A stretch of DNA of 64,000 nt, taken from the NCBI RefSeq assembly GCF_000143415.4, contig NW_003314332.1:434001-498000 (forward strand), read 5' to 3'. The notes beneath the pieces were generated by a model that worked only from the letters and a program-made list of their open reading frames with translations, had not been told where the DNA came from and did not search any database. Shown piece by piece: positions 63,949-64,000 of this stretch. The translations under genes and the position numbers were made by a program. How positions within the stretch are numbered: the first letter of the stretch is position 1; each line of letters begins with the position of its first letter. The DNA comes from Selaginella moellendorffii (Eukaryota > Plantae > Lycopodiophyta).

Positions 63949-64000
63949 GTAAGTCATCGATGCTCTTTGTACACCTCTTGCGCTAAGCCCAACTCCCAAA

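Overview
Plant nuclear DNA, most consistent with the lycophyte Selaginella (50-67 nt introns, PLS-PPR style, Tat element with archaeal-type RNase H); the organism is inferred, not proven. Positions ~1-39,000 are a nest of retroelements: a decayed Tat-type Ty3/gypsy interrupted by a solo LTR, LINE and extra-ORF remnants, a young full-length chromovirus (15963-23507, minus strand, TSD TCAGC) that splits a secreted bulb-lectin gene, a non-coding LTR element, and an old copy of the chromovirus. Positions ~40,400-64,000 are gene-rich: F-box-associated-like gene, PLS-PPR, scrambled copia, RBM41-like pseudogene, tonoplast sugar transporter, truncated kinase, CDC24-type OB-fold gene, a second bulb-lectin gene, a Crinkler-like NTPase-nuclease gene and the start of a DEL/E2F gene. 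Main finding: the integrase of the young chromovirus is interrupted by two short canonical GT-AG introns (46 and 52 nt), possibly with two more downstream. Removing them exactly restores conserved integrase motifs. The 3' UTR is densely structured and carries two tRNA T-arm-like hairpins. Together these suggest a retrotransposon that needs splicing to make integrase but propagates unspliced RNA.
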